NCBI GenBank assembly: GCA_964371005.1
Contig: CAYJNU010000001.1
Location: 27,104-80,715, forward strand
Reading direction: 5' to 3'
Source: an uncultured Verrucomicrobiota bacterium
Lineage (GTDB): Bacteria > Verrucomicrobiota > Verrucomicrobiia > Limisphaerales > MWDV01
Length of the DNA: 53,612 nucleotides
How positions within the stretch are numbered: position 1 is the first letter of the stretch; each line of letters begins with the position of its first letter. Position numbers and translations under genes: made by a program. The notes under the pieces were generated by a model, which saw only the letters and a program-made list of their open reading frames with translations, ran no database searches and was not told where the DNA came from. Below are positions 50,818 through 53,612 of this stretch, piece by piece.

Positions 50818-51440
50818 GTGCGTGGCGGGGTCGGCGGCGGCCCGAAGCCGTTGTTCCAGCTTGTCAGTAGCGACGCTGTTTTCGGATGGGGCGATCCAGA
50901 TCATGGCAATTCAGCAAGGGCGGCTGGGGGTATGGCCAGGGCCGGGCGACCGACGGTTGCCGCGCTCGTCGTAAAGGCTGGTTGCTCTGATCTTTCCCAG
51001 GCCATGTGAACCTCGCTCCAGAAGGTATTTCAAACGATTGCAGAGGCAACGGGAAAGGAGGGCCGGTTTCTTCCCGTCAGGAAATGGTGGAGGCAGCGGA
51101 GAGTTGAAATGGGACGACGTCACGCGGGCATTCTCGTATTTCATCGAACCGTTCGTTCGGGGTTGGTTTGCGAAGCGTATTTGCGTGGTTGGGGAGGAAT
51201 CCCCGGGTGGGTTTTCAAGGAGGGCTGGCTCAAAAGGCCTCAGGCGGGGCGCGGCTGGTTTCGCGAGTTCCGTAAGAGCAGCCTCGTGCATTTTGTGCCG
51301 GAGCGGTACCGCAAGCAGGACGTTCAGAAGCTCGCCCCACCCTTGGACGAACGGGTGCGAGAACCTTCAGCGCCGGCGCCGGACACCGTCAAATTCAGCA
51401 TTGCATTTGCGCGGTACGCCCTCCATCTTCTGGCCCGGTT

Positions 51441-51518
51441 CGGGGCGTAGCGTAGCCCGGCTAGCGCGCTTGTTTCGGGTACAAGAGGTCGTGAGTTCAA
51501 ATCTCACCGCCCCGACCA
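51441..51518 (+). tRNA. tRNA-Pro (anticodon CGG), CCA encoded
   Basis: Hand-folded cloverleaf: acceptor CGGGGCG/CGCCCCG, D stem GCGT/GCGC, anticodon stem CTTGT/ACAAG with loop TTCGGGT (CGG), T stem GTGAG/CTCAC with loop TTCAAAT, discriminator A, CCA. C1-G72 and A73 are typical of bacterial tRNA-Pro. Confidence 0.9.
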
Positions 51519-51546
51519 TTTTTTCTTCGTGTTTTGAGGAAAAGGC

Positions 51547-51575
51547 TGGATATCCTAACGTAATCCTAATATAAT
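51547..51575 (+). promoter_or_regulatory. Putative sigma70-type promoter of the integrase gene (TGGATA-N17-TATAAT); would give a leaderless or near-leaderless mRNA
   Basis: TGGATA at 51547-51552, a 17-nt spacer, TATAAT at 51570-51575, then ATG at 51583 only 7 nt downstream. It sits in an AT-rich patch within an otherwise GC-rich sequence. Confidence 0.35.
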
Positions 51576-51582
51576 AGACTCC

Positions 51583-53166
51583 ATGAAGAAGAAACGATGC
51601 ACGTTTCCCGTGGAGGTTTCCGAGGGGTCGGTTACCGTCAAAGTCTACCGCGTTCGGAACAAGGTTTATCGCTTCACCACCCAACGCGGGAAGGTCTCCC
51701 TCAAGCCCCGGTTCAGTTTCATGGTCAATTACGTGGCCGGGGAACAGCGCCACCAAAAGATGTTCGCTGACTACGAGGAGGCCTACCGGCACGCGGAGTC
51801 CAAAGCCCGAGCGCTAAGCCGTGGGGAGCACGATGCGCTTGAACTGCGGGCCGTGGATGCCCGCGCCTACGTCAATGCCGTGGACTTGGTCAAGCCGACC
51901 GGGATGCCGTTGGAGGTCATTGCCAAGGATTACATGGAGGCCTGGAAGGCGCTCGCCGGCCGGGCCACCGTCCCGGAGGCGGCCCGGGAATATGCCCGGC
52001 GGCATCAGCACAACATGCCGCGGAAGACGGTCCCGGAAGCAGTGGAGGAAATGATCAAGGTCCGGGAGAAGGATGGCACAAGCGACGCCTACCTGAAGGT
52101 GCTGCGGGTTTACCTGGGCCAGTTCAAGCAGCGGATTCAAACGCAACTGACGCTGGTCACCACGGGGATGCTCACAGAGTATTTCCGGAGTCTGGAGGTG
52201 TCGCCGCGCAGCAAGAACAACGCGCGGGCCACGGTGGGGGCGTTTTTCAAGTTCTGCAAGGAGAACGGCTGGCTGCCGCGGGATCATGAGGGGGTGTCGC
52301 AAGTGGCGAAGTTCAAGGAGCGCGCGCCGGAGACGATCGAGATTTACACGCCGCCGGAATTGGTCGAATTGCTGCGGGTCGCGAAGCCGGAGCTGGTGCC
52401 GTTCCTGACCATCGGGGCGTTTGCCGGGCTGCGAACGGCGGAGATCGAGCGGCTGGATTGGGCGGAAGTTCGACTGAAGGAGCGCTTGATCGAGATCAAG
52501 GCGGCCAAGGCGAAGACGGCGAGCCGGCGGCTGGTGCCGATCAGCGAGAATCTGGCGGCGTGGCTCAAGGGGTATGCGCAGGACAGCGGCCCGGTGTTTC
52601 CGTATGTGAACACGGCGAAACGGATCGGCTGGCTGGTGGAGGATGTGACGGAGGCGCGGGCGCTGGCGGCCATCCACAAAGCGGTGGAGCGGAACGGCCG
52701 CGAGGATTCGACACCTCACCGGGACACCTCATCCGGCCTGCGGCCACCTTCTCCCCAAGGCGGAGAAGGGAATCTCCCCGGCCGAGGCGGAGAGGGTGTG
52801 AGGCAGTGGAAGGGCTGGAAGCAGGATGAACTGGTGGCGGCGCATCGGGCTCGGGCCAAGGTGGAACGGGTGGCGTTTTCGGAGCGGAAGGCCAAGGCGC
52901 TGGCGGAGGGACACAAGGCTCCGGCCGAACCGATGGAGCTGACGACGGCGTTGCCGGACGGGACGGAGGTGAAGTATCGGCGGGCGAAGTGGAAAAAGAA
53001 CGCGCTGCGGCATTCGTTCATCAGTTACCGGGTTGCGGAGAGCCAGGACGTGGCCAAGGTGGCGCTGGAGGCGGGGAATTCACCGCAGATCATTTTCGAG
53101 CATTACCGGGAGCTGGTGCGGCCAGCAGCGGCGAAGGAGTGGTTTTCCATTGTTCCGAATAGCTGA
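51583..53166 (+). CDS. Tyrosine-type site-specific integrase (527 aa, with a large insertion in the catalytic domain)
   Basis: 'FLTIGAFAGLRTAEIERLDWAEV' (catalytic Arg I), 'RRLVPISENLAAWL', 'NALRHSFISY' (xxxRH box) and 'GNSPQIIFEHY' (nucleophile Tyr). It lies directly 3' of a tRNA gene. Confidence 0.85.
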   Translation: MKKKRCTFPVEVSEGSVTVKVYRVRNKVYRFTTQRGKVSLKPRFSFMVNYVAGEQRHQKMFADYEEAYRHAESKARALSRGEHDALELRAVDARAYVNAVDLVKPTGMPLEVIAKDYMEAWKALAGRATVPEAAREYARRHQHNMPRKTVPEAVEEMIKVREKDGTSDAYLKVLRVYLGQFKQRIQTQLTLVTTGMLTEYFRSLEVSPRSKNNARATVGAFFKFCKENGWLPRDHEGVSQVAKFKERAPETIEIYTPPELVELLRVAKPELVPFLTIGAFAGLRTAEIERLDWAEVRLKERLIEIKAAKAKTASRRLVPISENLAAWLKGYAQDSGPVFPYVNTAKRIGWLVEDVTEARALAAIHKAVERNGREDSTPHRDTSSGLRPPSPQGGEGNLPGRGGEGVRQWKGWKQDELVAAHRARAKVERVAFSERKAKALAEGHKAPAEPMELTTALPDGTEVKYRRAKWKKNALRHSFISYRVAESQDVAKVALEAGNSPQIIFEHYRELVRPAAAKEWFSIVPNS

Positions 53167-53472
53167 AGGCGGACGGGAGCAGGGGCAGCGACCTTCCACA
53201 GTGTCCGGGTGACGTGGGTCACGCTGGCGCTGACGGCCGGGGTACCGCTGGAGCTGGTGCAAAAGGTGACGGGGCACAAGACGACGGACATCGTGCTCAA
53301 GCATTACTTCCAGCCAGGGCGCGAGGATTTTCGCCAGACGTTGCAGTCGGCGATGCCCAAGCTGCTGACCAACGGGCACAAGACGCCGAAGGAGGAAATG
53401 CGCGAGCTGATCGCGGCGGTGAGGCCGGTGGCGCTGCGGGAGCGACTGCTTGAGGTGTGGGGGAAGTGGTGA
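53167..53472 (+). pseudogene. Remnant of a second tyrosine integrase (C-terminal catalytic segment only)
   Basis: The frame is open immediately after the integrase TGA (53164-53166), in the same frame. '...TFHSVRVTWVTLALTAGVPLELVQKVTGHKTTDIVLKHY' carries the HxxR, His and Tyr boxes, but no N-terminal or core-binding part is present. Confidence 0.6.
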
Positions 53473-53612
53473 AGCCGCCAAGCCAGGGTGACGATTGCGT
53501 GATGCAACTGCCGTTTCGCGGGGAAGTGGCTTCACCGATTGGGCCCGCGCTTGGTGGCAAGGTCTTTCGTTTTGAGTTCATGCGCGGGCGAGGAGGGCCA
53601 GACCGCGGCCCG

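Noticed and set aside
51038-51574. 178-aa + strand ORF spanning the region upstream of and across the tRNA-Pro gene
   Set aside because: It runs straight through a well-folding tRNA gene and has no protein-like motifs. The 50.9-51.4 kb region is better treated as non-coding or unassigned.
53502-53612. Open frame from ATG 53502 to the window end (MQLPFRGEVASPIGPALGGKVFRFEFMRGRGGPDRGP...)
   Set aside because: Only 37 codons are visible with no recognisable motif. It cannot be distinguished from noise without the downstream sequence.
1-53612. Search for CRISPR arrays, rRNA genes, IS elements with terminal inverted repeats, toxin-antitoxin pairs or recognisable phage-defence genes
   Set aside because: None found by eye. 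There are no regularly spaced direct repeats, no transposase-like ORFs and no nuclease/ATPase/methyltransferase defence-type gene pairs. The only mobile-element signatures are the integrase genes at the right end.

Overview
High-GC bacterial chromosomal window, gene-dense on both strands, with many 4-nt ATGA/GTGA start-stop overlaps and weak Shine-Dalgarno signals. The gene content is compatible with a PVC-type (Verrucomicrobiota-like) genome, but that is only a guess. There are five blocks. (1) 1-7.1 kb holds late flagellar genes: flgH (partial), flgI, a rod-binding protein, an flgN-like gene, flgK and flgL, then fliW-csrA-flagellin. (2) 7.2-16.2 kb is a putative flagellin/surface glycosylation island: a TPR protein, a CMP-sugar synthetase-like cytidylyltransferase, a KpsS/KpsC-like (capsule-synthesis family) protein and a 1933-aa methyltransferase plus four-glycosyltransferase plus TPR protein. 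(3) 16.5-20.9 kb holds an HTH-MBL hydrolase and an HpnK/HpnI/HpnJ-like triad (deacetylase, glycosyltransferase, B12 radical SAM) with no hopanoid core genes in view. (4) 21.2-49.7 kb is a lipid/polyketide cluster of about 28 kb in three operons. Its core looks like the flexirubin/aryl-polyene type: MIO ammonia-lyase with a TAL-like His-Leu switch, CoA ligase, KS/CLF, two ACPs, FabG, FabD, FabZ, thioesterases, LolA-like protein, lipoprotein, NodB deacetylase and two acyltransferases. It also carries non-canonical additions: three radical SAM enzymes (two B12-type) translationally coupled to a KS/CLF pair, a GcvT-like folate protein coupled to an ACP, a GNAT::aminotransferase fusion, an Fe-S flavoprotein::SCP2 fusion and a C45/Ntn acyltransferase. 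(5) 50-53.6 kb holds a secreted esterase, tRNA-Pro(CGG), a tyrosine integrase with a large internal insertion, and an integrase C-terminal remnant, which together mark the left edge of an integrated element. The best candidate for something undescribed is block 4, especially the radical-SAM/KS-CLF operon, possibly acting together with the HpnIJK-like head-group genes. Also unexplained is an in-frame palindromic element inside a CLF domain. All product calls rest on motifs read by eye in the supplied translations; no database search was run.
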